Shown: in pieces, positions 1 through 8,601 of the stretch
Layout of the letters: each line of letters opens with the position of its first letter
How positions within the stretch are numbered: position 1 is the first letter of the stretch
Source: Asterionella formosa
Lineage: Eukaryota
Reading direction: 5' to 3'
NCBI GenBank assembly: GCA_002256025.1
Contig: NKIB01015351.1
Location: forward strand, 1-36,371
DNA length: 36,371 bases
Notes under the pieces: model-generated
Seen by the model: only the letters and a program-made list of their open reading frames with translations
Told to the model about the DNA's origin: nothing
Databases searched by the model: none
Position numbers and translations under genes: made by a program

Positions 1-1004
1 TTTTTTTTCAGAACACACCATTTTGTCTGAAGAAGACCAAATGCCATTTCTATTCTTATCCTTAGCTGTGAAAGGAAAAAGTTAAATGTATCCTGTGTTG
101 GATCATCACGTTGTGAGCCAACAAAGGGAACAAGCATTACATCAGACAATGTGTAAGCTGCATCGCCGACCAGATAAAAACCTGTGTTGAATGCTGCAAC
201 TTGATCGAAAATGGAAGTTTTTTCAAAAGCTACTTGGTCACTGCATTTTCCCGGTGCAATTACACCAAAATAAATAAATCTTGAGTCAGCATCACAAACA
301 GCCTGGACATTGATTCCATAAGTCATGTAGTGACCGGAAAAAAATGAACCAGGGTTGTTGCCACTTTCAACTATAGTCGGGCGGTTGATGGTGGCAAGGA
401 AGCCGTCAATAGCACCAACACATCCTCTCATCACGCCCTCTGAGCTTTTGCATTCAAAGCTGGAAGCCAATTTGATAAATTCTTCTTTTTCTTTTGGAAA
501 AATAATTTCGAGTTCTTCACAGTTTAGTACAGCATCAATGAACAAATCACGACATCGATAAAGTGAAGCAATGCTACAACCGTAGGCATGACGAATGTCG
601 ATGTAACTGCCACCAGCCAGCCATCGCAAACCAATGGCTACCACAATTTCGGGAATTATGGGCTCAGAAGTGCCACATTTGGAATAATTCCCTGCAATCT
701 GAATTTCCAGCATGGAGGTGAGTTTTTTGAATGCTCTGTGTGACATTCTGTATGTCTTCTCGAAAGCAATCTCGTGATTGAGTTTCTCGACATGTGATTG
801 CCAGGAGATTCTTTCGTGGTGCCACTTGTGCCTTCGTTGTCGTCGTCGTTCAGATGACTGAAGCTGCCGTTTACAGCGTCGCCTTTGTCGTTTGGATGAG
901 TGTTCTTTTTCCTCTGCTTCCTTAGTTAAATGACAGAGGAAGAAGAAATCAAGATCACTACTGTCATCGTCATTATCATCAAGTAAATCAAATGGCGACG
1001 ACAT
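1..1004 (-). CDS. PIF/Harbinger-family DDE transposase (DDE_Tnp_4/HARBI1-like); its 3' end lies beyond the window edge
   Basis: Manual translation from the ATG at 1004 stays open to the window edge (about 334 codons; absent from the ORF track because there is no stop). Motifs: FEKTYRMS..F, LRWLAGGSYIDI (HTH region), GCVGAIDG (first D), FSGHY..YGINVQAVCD, YLVGDAAY (second D), FNFFLSQLRIRIEMAFGLLQTKW (E). Confidence 0.93.
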   Translation of the reverse strand, partial: MSSPFDLLDDNDDDSSDLDFFFLCHLTKEAEEKEHSSKRQRRRCKRQLQSSERRRQRRHKWHHERISWQSHVEKLNHEIAFEKTYRMSHRAFKKLTSMLEIQIAGNYSKCGTSEPIIPEIVVAIGLRWLAGGSYIDIRHAYGCSIASLYRCRDLFIDAVLNCEELEIIFPKEKEEFIKLASSFECKSSEGVMRGCVGAIDGFLATINRPTIVESGNNPGSFFSGHYMTYGINVQAVCDADSRFIYFGVIAPGKCSDQVAFEKTSIFDQVAAFNTGFYLVGDAAYTLSDVMLVPFVGSQRDDPTQDTFNFFLSQLRIRIEMAFGLLQTKWCVLKK

Positions 1005-1298
1005 GATTCATGCAAATGTGTGTTTTTAATATTATATTTAGTTTCCCGGTAATTATATTTTGTTGTTGCTTGATATCAAGACCATCATTATATTCTGGAG
1101 GGATATACACATGATCTTCGCCAGCCTGTTGCCGTTGAAGATTCATTTTACTCCATGATACAATGTGATCACAAATTAGTGATACAGTGACACTTTTGGA
1201 ATGAATGAAATTCAGTTCAAATCGAGTTACCGTTGCTGATACATTTTCAAAAAAATTCAAATTCCGTGATAAACGAAAAAAAATGATAAGAACGACCC
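1..1298 (-). mobile_element. 5' part of a PIF/Harbinger DNA transposon; putative terminus at 1298
   Basis: Contains the transposase. On the minus strand TGA is followed by GGGTCGTTCTTATCA (1298-1284), which is 11/15 identical to the TIR of the element at 5623-8065. The other end is outside the window. Confidence 0.6.
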
Positions 1299-1576
1299 TC
1301 AAATTGTGCGGTTGATGAGAGCTTGGTACATCAAAAGTCGACTCATTCGACTGTGAGTCATAGCTACGTTGATGAGCTCACTTTGACACAGTACCGGTAC
1401 CTGGTAGTATTCATGTTCATCCTCCTCACACAATTTCAAAACACCGTCAGCAACAGCATAGAAAAGAAGAACAACGTGACTACCGGGCGGTACTTGTTCC
1501 GGTATACTATAGTTCGAGAACCGGGGGCGAGCAGCAACCTGTCGATACTCTGTCCAATGAACCAAGAATAAATAGC

Positions 1577-3355
1577 ATGACGAATGCTGGCGTGAAGGAG
1601 CTTTTGTGTCCCAGAATTGGCAACATCGACCGAAATGGGAGTCGACTCATGAACGATAAAGAACAGAAGCAATACTTGTGCTCACTGACAATTGACGGAG
1701 GTGAACGAACGCAGGACTCCATCAAAGCATCAACATCCAGTGATGCTGTTTCCAATACAGGCAACGATTTTATAGATGAAGCTTTCACAGAGAACCTCAC
1801 CGGTTTATTGGGACAAACTAATGGGGATATTCCGTCGCCTTCCATGTCAGACCAGCACTCTGACTCTTCTGACGCAGCTACCGAATGGATGGAGGCCACC
1901 TTGGGGCGTTCTCATCGGTTCTGGTCCTTTCGATCTCTCCTAACATTTGATGCCATCCAAGGTTCCTTCATTAATCAACTGCCGACCCCACTCCCTCACT
2001 ATGCTACTATCCGCCACAAATTTGGTTTCAACGTGGCTTTTTTGGACATGAAACACGGTGGGAGACACATGGGTCCCGCCCTTCTCGAACCGTACCGTCA
2101 CGTTGGCGATCCTGTCATAGACAGCATTATGAATGATCTGGAAACTTGCGGCCGCCCACTCAAGGCCGGAGACGATTTGTTTGCCGCTGCTCAAGACAAG
2201 GCACTTCCTGCTGCAATACTTGCTGACCTGGAGGCGTTTTTCGAATACTACAAACAAACACCCCCGTGGTTAGACTTGAAACAACTGGAACGTGGTCAGC
2301 GAGTTTTCTTGAAATACTGTCCTGCCATTTCAGTTTCCTTGTACTACCGATCGTTGGTAGCAGGCTTTAGTATTCCTAAGATTTCAAAAGTCATTCAAGC
2401 GACTGCATATTTGGCACCGCCAAGCCGACCTGGTGATGTCACGTTGAGATTGATCGATACGGGGGGCCTCCTGGGAGCATGTTTCGCGGAAGAGCTGAAC
2501 CCAGGAGGAGATGGATGGAAGACGGCCCTGCACGTGCGTTTCTTGCATGCTAAAGTTAGGCGGGTTCTTTTGAAGCGTGGCGGGAAACGAGCATGGGATA
2601 CTGCCACTAATGGAATACCCATCAATCAAGAAGATATGGCGGCAACGCTATTAGCCTTTAGTATCAATTCATTAGTTGGAATGGAATATATTTCAGGGAT
2701 ATCAATCTCGAACGAAGAAAGGTGCGACTTTCTTGCTGTGTGGCGATACATTGGTTGGTTGCTAGGAGTATATTGTGAAAATGATTCTTGGAGTACTCTA
2801 TTGCGTCCGCTAGATCCATGTGGACCGGGATGGTACCCATTTTATCCAGATCCCATTGCACATGCCAAGGCAATTCTAGAGAGTGTCGTTTTTCATATCT
2901 TGGAACCAGATGAGTCGTCAGCTGTGATTGCTCACCACCTTCTAAACATTGGGAGGCCTAAACGAGACGTCAATGGGAGAACAATTTTTGATAATGACAA
3001 AACGACAATGACATCATCAATGGCGGAAAAGCAACAAGTTCCCTTTTTGTTTCGAGCATTGGTATGCCGCCATTTTATCGGCGATCCGTTGGCTGACGCT
3101 CTGAAACTTCCATTTCATTTTTCTTGGACTCAGCGTCTTAAATTGTCACTTTATTCATTTTTGTATCTTTGGTGCTTGCGAGTTTATACATGGGTCACCA
3201 TGATATACCCACAGCCTTTCATTTCGTGGCATAAACGTGTCCTTCACAGATTTCACAAGGATTGGACCACGCTTCATTCTTCACGAATGGCTCGAACATT
3301 GAACACTGCTTCTGCATGTCCATTTGCCATGGTAAGGGACCCGAATGACAACTAG
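1577..3355 (+). CDS. ER-bound oxygenase MpaB / rubber oxygenase Lcp-like protein (DUF2236 family)
   Basis: 592-aa ORF with PPWLD..QLERGQRVF, RLIDT, ALHVRFLHAKVRR, W.....GIPINQEDMAATLLAFS and WRYIGWLLGV, plus C-terminal ACPF. The true start may be a downstream Met. Confidence 0.85.
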   Translation: MTNAGVKELLCPRIGNIDRNGSRLMNDKEQKQYLCSLTIDGGERTQDSIKASTSSDAVSNTGNDFIDEAFTENLTGLLGQTNGDIPSPSMSDQHSDSSDAATEWMEATLGRSHRFWSFRSLLTFDAIQGSFINQLPTPLPHYATIRHKFGFNVAFLDMKHGGRHMGPALLEPYRHVGDPVIDSIMNDLETCGRPLKAGDDLFAAAQDKALPAAILADLEAFFEYYKQTPPWLDLKQLERGQRVFLKYCPAISVSLYYRSLVAGFSIPKISKVIQATAYLAPPSRPGDVTLRLIDTGGLLGACFAEELNPGGDGWKTALHVRFLHAKVRRVLLKRGGKRAWDTATNGIPINQEDMAATLLAFSINSLVGMEYISGISISNEERCDFLAVWRYIGWLLGVYCENDSWSTLLRPLDPCGPGWYPFYPDPIAHAKAILESVVFHILEPDESSAVIAHHLLNIGRPKRDVNGRTIFDNDKTTMTSSMAEKQQVPFLFRALVCRHFIGDPLADALKLPFHFSWTQRLKLSLYSFLYLWCLRVYTWVTMIYPQPFISWHKRVLHRFHKDWTTLHSSRMARTLNTASACPFAMVRDPNDN

Positions 3356-3482
3356 ATAATAGAGAATTATTTATGTATATATGTATTATAATAATATAGC
3401 TGACTAATATGGAGTGCATTTACATTTGCTTTTTCTATCATGTCAAGCAGCACAGCACGGTCTGATTCCTTCGGCATAAGAC

Positions 3483-5156
3483 CTATTTTTCCTTGTCTGA
3501 CGCTTCCTCCAACAGCCGTTCGATATTTGCAAGTCTTGTTTGCACAATGTCTCGCAAACTTACTACTCTCTGCAAAAGTTCTGTTCGCAAGTCAGTTTGT
3601 ACGACCAATGCAGTTTCGATTGAAGTACTGGTAATTCCCTGCTCTTCAATCATGTCTCTGAATTTCCGTCGACTTTTAGGTCTATTTTCTCTATCATCGT
3701 CTACATTCAACAAAGGATCGGCATACTTCAAGAACGCAGCAGTCAAAATTGGACTCAGAACCAAAGAATCGCATGTACTTCCAGCAAAATCGAAACCAGT
3801 ATTGGCAAGGGCCATCTCTGGACTGTCGGGAGCGAGTGCGGGATCCATGTGACTTGGAATGATTTCCGCCTTGGTATAGTTCCACACTTTGGCATCGACT
3901 TCAACATCAATCAATTCATTGACTCGTTCGTTTGCCATGGCCAATTGCAATTGAAACCCAACAATCCATTCTGGTACAGAAACGCCTAGCAGTTCTCGCA
4001 CAATACCATCTGGCTTGTCGGCTTGCGTCGCGTTGCCACTACTAGCCTTTGCTTCGTCGTCAACTTCTTTCAAGACAGTGTCCCATGTCTCTGCTGCCAA
4101 TTGCGACGCAAAGACTCCGATCAATACACTCAACCCAATAGCCAGCAATAGGATAATATCTTGCGTGTTACTCGGGTCTGTCGCTGCAGTGCCATCAATA
4201 ACAGATTTGCCAAAGTACCCCAAATATGAATCTAACAAGTATGGTTTCAAGGATCCAAGGAAGATACCAGAAGCGAAATCAAAAAAGGGGACCCCAGTTA
4301 CAGCATAGATATAATTGTAAAGACCCAATGGTACAGGAAGGACTGGTGCCAATCTCAAAACTAGTATAGCCTTGAATCCATCTTTTGCCACGACTTTTTC
4401 AATGCCTCGTAGCGACGGATTTTGTTCAACTGCTTCGAGTGCCTTGGATCGGAGAGGTGTGTCTAATTTGGCCAGAGCAAAGCAGACGGCACTACCGACA
4501 GTGGCAGCAAAGGCCGAAAACAAGGCCCCTTGCAGGACCCCGCCAAATAAAATTCCTGCCGATAGTGCCAATGCCACTCCACCAGCGTCAAATAGTAACA
4601 CCTTGCAGGCAGTCCATGCCAAAACAAACAAGAGGGCTTCAGTAGTAGTGTCCATCGATGCAGCAAAATTGAGGATATTGTCCAATTGCTCCTTGAGTTG
4701 AGGGTTGTCATTGGCAAAGTCTAGTCCGACAGCGGATGCCAAGGCGGCGCGTCCACCAATCCGTAGGGCCACTGCCCCTCCAGCGACAGCAAAGGCAGTG
4801 AATGCAACGGCCATTTTGGAATCCGACTGTTTGGGCTTTCCATCGTCGTCGAGTTCCGGAAGAAATCCTTTTTCAATTCGGAAGTTCTTCAATACTTCTG
4901 CGGCTCTGAGTGTACTACGAATTGTGGATCGCCTAGATGCAAGAATATTCAACCGTGATTCTTCTTCTATTCGTAGACGTTCTCGGTCGTCGTCATTGTT
5001 GTTTGCTGCGAGTCGCAAGACAGGCACACGTGTCGTCGCTTCGGGAAGATGACTACGACCAACCAATATTCCCGAGGAAAATGCATCCGTCGGATGTGAA
5101 GACAAACAACAGATTGCTGTCAACATCACTGTAATGCACCAAATATATTGAATCAT
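3483..5156 (-). CDS. VTT/SNARE-associated (DedA/TVP38/TMEM64-type) membrane protein, probably plastid-targeted
   Basis: 557-aa ORF with LALSAGILFGGVLQG...ATVGSAVCF and ILVLRLAPVLP..LYNYIYAVTGVPFFDFASGIFLGSLKP. The N-terminal signal peptide ends in TDA|FSS (ASAF-type motif). Confidence 0.85.
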   Translation of the reverse strand: MIQYIWCITVMLTAICCLSSHPTDAFSSGILVGRSHLPEATTRVPVLRLAANNNDDDRERLRIEEESRLNILASRRSTIRSTLRAAEVLKNFRIEKGFLPELDDDGKPKQSDSKMAVAFTAFAVAGGAVALRIGGRAALASAVGLDFANDNPQLKEQLDNILNFAASMDTTTEALLFVLAWTACKVLLFDAGGVALALSAGILFGGVLQGALFSAFAATVGSAVCFALAKLDTPLRSKALEAVEQNPSLRGIEKVVAKDGFKAILVLRLAPVLPVPLGLYNYIYAVTGVPFFDFASGIFLGSLKPYLLDSYLGYFGKSVIDGTAATDPSNTQDIILLLAIGLSVLIGVFASQLAAETWDTVLKEVDDEAKASSGNATQADKPDGIVRELLGVSVPEWIVGFQLQLAMANERVNELIDVEVDAKVWNYTKAEIIPSHMDPALAPDSPEMALANTGFDFAGSTCDSLVLSPILTAAFLKYADPLLNVDDDRENRPKSRRKFRDMIEEQGITSTSIETALVVQTDLRTELLQRVVSLRDIVQTRLANIERLLEEASDKEK

Positions 5157-6259
5157 TGTTGTGTCGTCGTATGTGAACGGTAGAAGCTCTAAAACGGATG
5201 CAGTTAATTTGATCGAAGCCAGTGCTTCGATATAATAGACTGGAACGAAGTGTAAAATATACTAAATTTTGATTTATTATTATATGATTTTTTTTGTCGA
5301 TGATAAACTACATACATAAAATGAGTCACCATGATATCTACCGTCGTATCCATGCTTCTTCAGTGTTGATTGGCAAAGATCTTTAAAACCAGGTACCAGG
5401 GTACCTGGTACCGTACCCCCTGGTGTCCTTATGATATGCATGTACTGGTTGGTCAACCTTGTACTGGTACCTGTTACCTGTTACCTGGTACCAGGAACGA
5501 GGTAGGATGAAATAAAATATACCGGTATGCTGGTATGTATACCACTCTGGTGTGGTTGAGAAATACATACCGGTATTTAGTGATCAATGGAGGTGGAGGA
5601 GAGCAGCAAACAGATCAGCTGAGGGCCAATCTTAACAGCGATACAAAAATCAAAAAATGTTGCTCAGCCCAATTTTTTGCATCTCACATATCTGGGTGAT
5701 ATGCTGCTTCCAGCAACACATTTTTTGTTGCTCCGAAATGTGTATCTGTGTGTATCGCTGCATATTATACAGCGTTGAGCAAAACTAATGTTATAAATTA
5801 AATATATGACATGTAATTAAATTAATCAACAAAGACACCATTTTTATCTCTAATGGCAACAACAAAAATGAATTTTGGGAGGAGGGATTCTCAGCAGCAA
5901 TTATTATTATCTCTAGCTAATCATGGAATAATGCTTTTTATCACTTGTAAAAGACTTGTGCAATGGCATCATTTGAATCTTCAGACAATCAAACTTACTC
6001 TGCAGCAAGGAAACAGGATGACCAGTGGGTTGCATGTATCACTCCTGCTGATTTTTTCATTGACAACGAAGGGTCTTTGGGGACAATTAAAGACATGCTC
6101 ATTCAACAGATATCGCTGCAACGACTTCTTGCGTTCACTTTAAAATCGCCTGATACAGAAACATAACAAATGATAATGATTACACTCATTAAGAATTGGT
6201 TAAAGACTCTTGATCTTTGAGACATGATGGGGTACAACAAAAAGTCATCAAAAGAACCT

Positions 6260-6397
6260 AAGAAGTATCTGAGAAGAAACGGAGCTCCCTTTACTCCTGA
6301 ATCATCAACAATGTTGTCTCCTTGCCTAAAGAAGTATCTGAAAAGAAAAGGCTCTCCCTTTACTCCTGAATCATCAACAAGGAAGTCTCCTCGCCTA
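6260..6397 (+). repeat. Two-copy 69-bp tandem repeat inside the TIR element
   Basis: aagaagtatctga...ccctttactcctgaatcatcaaca starts at 6260 and again at 6329; it translates as KKYLRRNGAPFTPESSTMLSPCL / KKYLKRKGSPFTPESSTRKSPRL. Confidence 0.85.
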
Positions 6398-6617
6398 ATA
6401 CTATCAAAGCAACTTTCTACTACAAGAGAAGATATTGCCAATGATTCAAGTACAGATTCCGAATCATCTCCTTTCCAATTGTCTACATTTACATCTCCAG
6501 TTCCTGCTGATGTTAATTGGATGACGATTCTAAAAGATCCCACCAGATTATTAAGAAACGACAAGGAATACCTCCCAAGAATCAGAGGAAAAGAAATGCT
6601 GCAATTACTCCCAAATT

Positions 6618-7182
6618 CATGCCGGCTGTACAGAAATCGTGGCGGTTATCATTGAACATACACTAACTGATTCGAATGCTGGGGATTCCCAAGCTTTCCT
6701 TTGTAGGGCGGGTGGAAAGACGGAAGCATTAAGGTTCGACCACAAACCACAGCAGCAAGATCGAGAAATAGATAGAATCCACAAGGCTGGTCGATTTTTC
6801 AACCAATTCGGGCGTGTGAATGGAAACTTGAACCTTTCTTGATCCATTGGTGATCATCTGAAATATAAACAAGTTCCTGGAACTCCCCCAGCAGGACAAA
6901 TGATTACAGCGGAACCCAATATTGTTCAGGTGATTCTGCATCCAAATGACGAATTCATTATTTTTGGTTGTGATGGTATTTGGGATTGCCTCACTAACAA
7001 ACAGGTGGTTAAAATACGTGATTGAGCAAATTGACACCAAGACGCCAGTAGAGATTGGAATTGAGATGATTGATGAAATCAGTAGTGAAGATCCTCGATC
7101 TACCCAACAAGTTATTGGCGGCGATAACATGATGCTTATGGTTATTGATTTGCAACCATGGCAGCAACGAGCCTACCAGTGA
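6618..7182 (+). pseudogene. C-terminal fragment of a PP2C/PPM protein phosphatase, inactivated
   Basis: HAGCT..VAVI...NAGDSQ..LCR...DHKP....E..RI.KAG......RVNGNLNLS*SIGD.LKYK....MITAEPN......DEFIIFGCDGIWDCL...GGDNM. In-frame TGA at 6840-6842, +1 frameshift in AAAA at 7011-7014, N-terminal half missing. Confidence 0.9.
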
Positions 7183-7306
7183 AAACTCTATAATTAGAAG
7201 TCTCAGTACTGTAAAATATGTCATTTTATTTGTCGAATCATTTCTGACAACGGCTGCATGCAGTAGGTAAGAACCCAATATTATAGGGTTGGGAAACCGT
7301 TATTAA

Positions 7307-7590
7307 AGGATTCAGACGCTTGGGGTGACGAGGGAACCAGGCTGCCTTTCGAATGTTGGGCAGCCCTAAAAATAGCATAATGACACACTCGAGTCCAATA
7401 CCTCCGCCGCCATGGGGAAGAGCACCATTTCGTAATGAGTTCACATTTTCCTGAATCCTCGATACATCGATTCCCCATGCTTTGGCCCGCTCTTCCAACA
7501 AGTCTGGGTCATGAACATGCTGAGCACCTGACAAAATTCCTTGTCCACAAATGATGTTATGATGGAAGATCGAAGGAGTTCCAGTAGTTG
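7307..7590 (-). pseudogene. C-terminal fragment of cytosolic aspartyl-tRNA synthetase, degenerate
   Basis: NYWNSFDL../[29 protein letters not shown]...[40 protein letters not shown] matches the AspRS motif-3 region. The normally conserved Arg residues of GAQR and GLER appear as H and C, and the rest of the gene is absent. Confidence 0.88.
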
Positions 7591-8180
7591 ATTGAAAGCT
7601 TCAAGAGACATGCAATATTCACAATGAAATCTTTTTTCATGAAGAAGCTTTGTGACATGCTCATTCCAGTCAATTCATTGATGCTCCCATTTTGGAATTC
7701 GCACTGGCTTCAAGTTTTGTTCATAGTAGGACTCCAAAAATGATAATGTAACTGCTGCAATTAACAAAAAGCTCTGTTGTTCCGCTTCTTTATCAAGATT
7801 GTCAATGACATCCTAACTTTCAGGTTCTTCCGGTCGATTTGTTGTTGTCATTGCAGCAATGATAATGGTCAGACATGTTGAATAATTGAAGCTCACATTG
7901 CAAATTTTTTTGTTGAGTCTGATGTACATGTTTGCAGAGACATAAAGAAAACGGCTTACTGTTTTACTGTTACAGAGATATATTTGTGAAAGGTCTCTCT
8001 GTTAAGATTCATTTTTTTCTGAAGATAAAACAAAAAATAATTTGTATCTCTGTTAAGATTGGCCCTGAGTGTCACTTTGGGATATGATATGAACCAGAAG
8101 GAAAAATCGCACATATCAACGTCCGTATATGTAGTACCGGTATATGAGGTCCCATTCTTGGTGCCAGGTACCTGGTACCA

Positions 8181-8264
8181 GCAAGTTGCGGTCATTTTGC
8201 TAACATTTTAATCTCGGATAAAGATAGCTAAATATTTAGTTTATGCAAAATTCCCGCAAATTGA
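8181..8264 (+). repeat. Mini inverted-repeat element, family A (copy 1)
   Basis: gcaagttgcggtcattttgc ... gcaaaattcccgcaaattg; shares the internal ggataaaga.agctaaa..tttagttt with 14315-14403. Confidence 0.7.
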
Positions 8265-8601
8265 AGGTACGTACATGGTACTGTACGATGATGATATTGT
8301 TGTGAACCGACCGCTTAAAATATTGCATTATTTTACATCAAAGCAATACCGGTAGACGGTTTCTGACTTACTCCAGTACCGGTATCTGCCTCCTCAGGAG
8401 GAATCCAACAATAGACCCATCATAAACCGGCAACACAATACCGGTACTGTTATTACCCCACACATCACTGTATGTTCGATTCGAACTGCGAGTACAGTAA
8501 GGTTGTGCTTTCTTTCATGAACTGAGAATTATAAAAGCGGGTATCATCAACAACATTAGTATTTGCTTTGTAGCTTGCTGCTCACGCATCAGCACATTAG
8601 A

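Larger units (their letters stand above)
5623..8065. mobile_element. Non-autonomous PIF/Harbinger-type TIR element (2443 bp) carrying captured host gene fragments
   Basis: Left TIR GGGCCAATCTTAACAGCGATACAAA (5623-5647) matches the reverse complement of 8041-8065 at 24/25. TGA lies on both flanks (5620-5622 and 8066-8068). Subterminal copies of the TIR core occur at 5751-5760 and 7996-8009. No transposase was recognised inside. Confidence 0.88.

Noticed and set aside
3440..5134. Numerous antisense or overlapping short ORFs within long genes (also within 8.8-13.6, 15.7-17.1, 24.3-27.2 and 34.7-35.9 kb)
   Set aside because: They are shadow frames of real CDSs with no independent motifs.
5383..5568. 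Short ORFs rich in YQVPGTW-like peptides (also 7956-8195, 30263-30767, 31887-32072)
   Set aside because: These are translations of the GGTACC repeats with no protein-family features.
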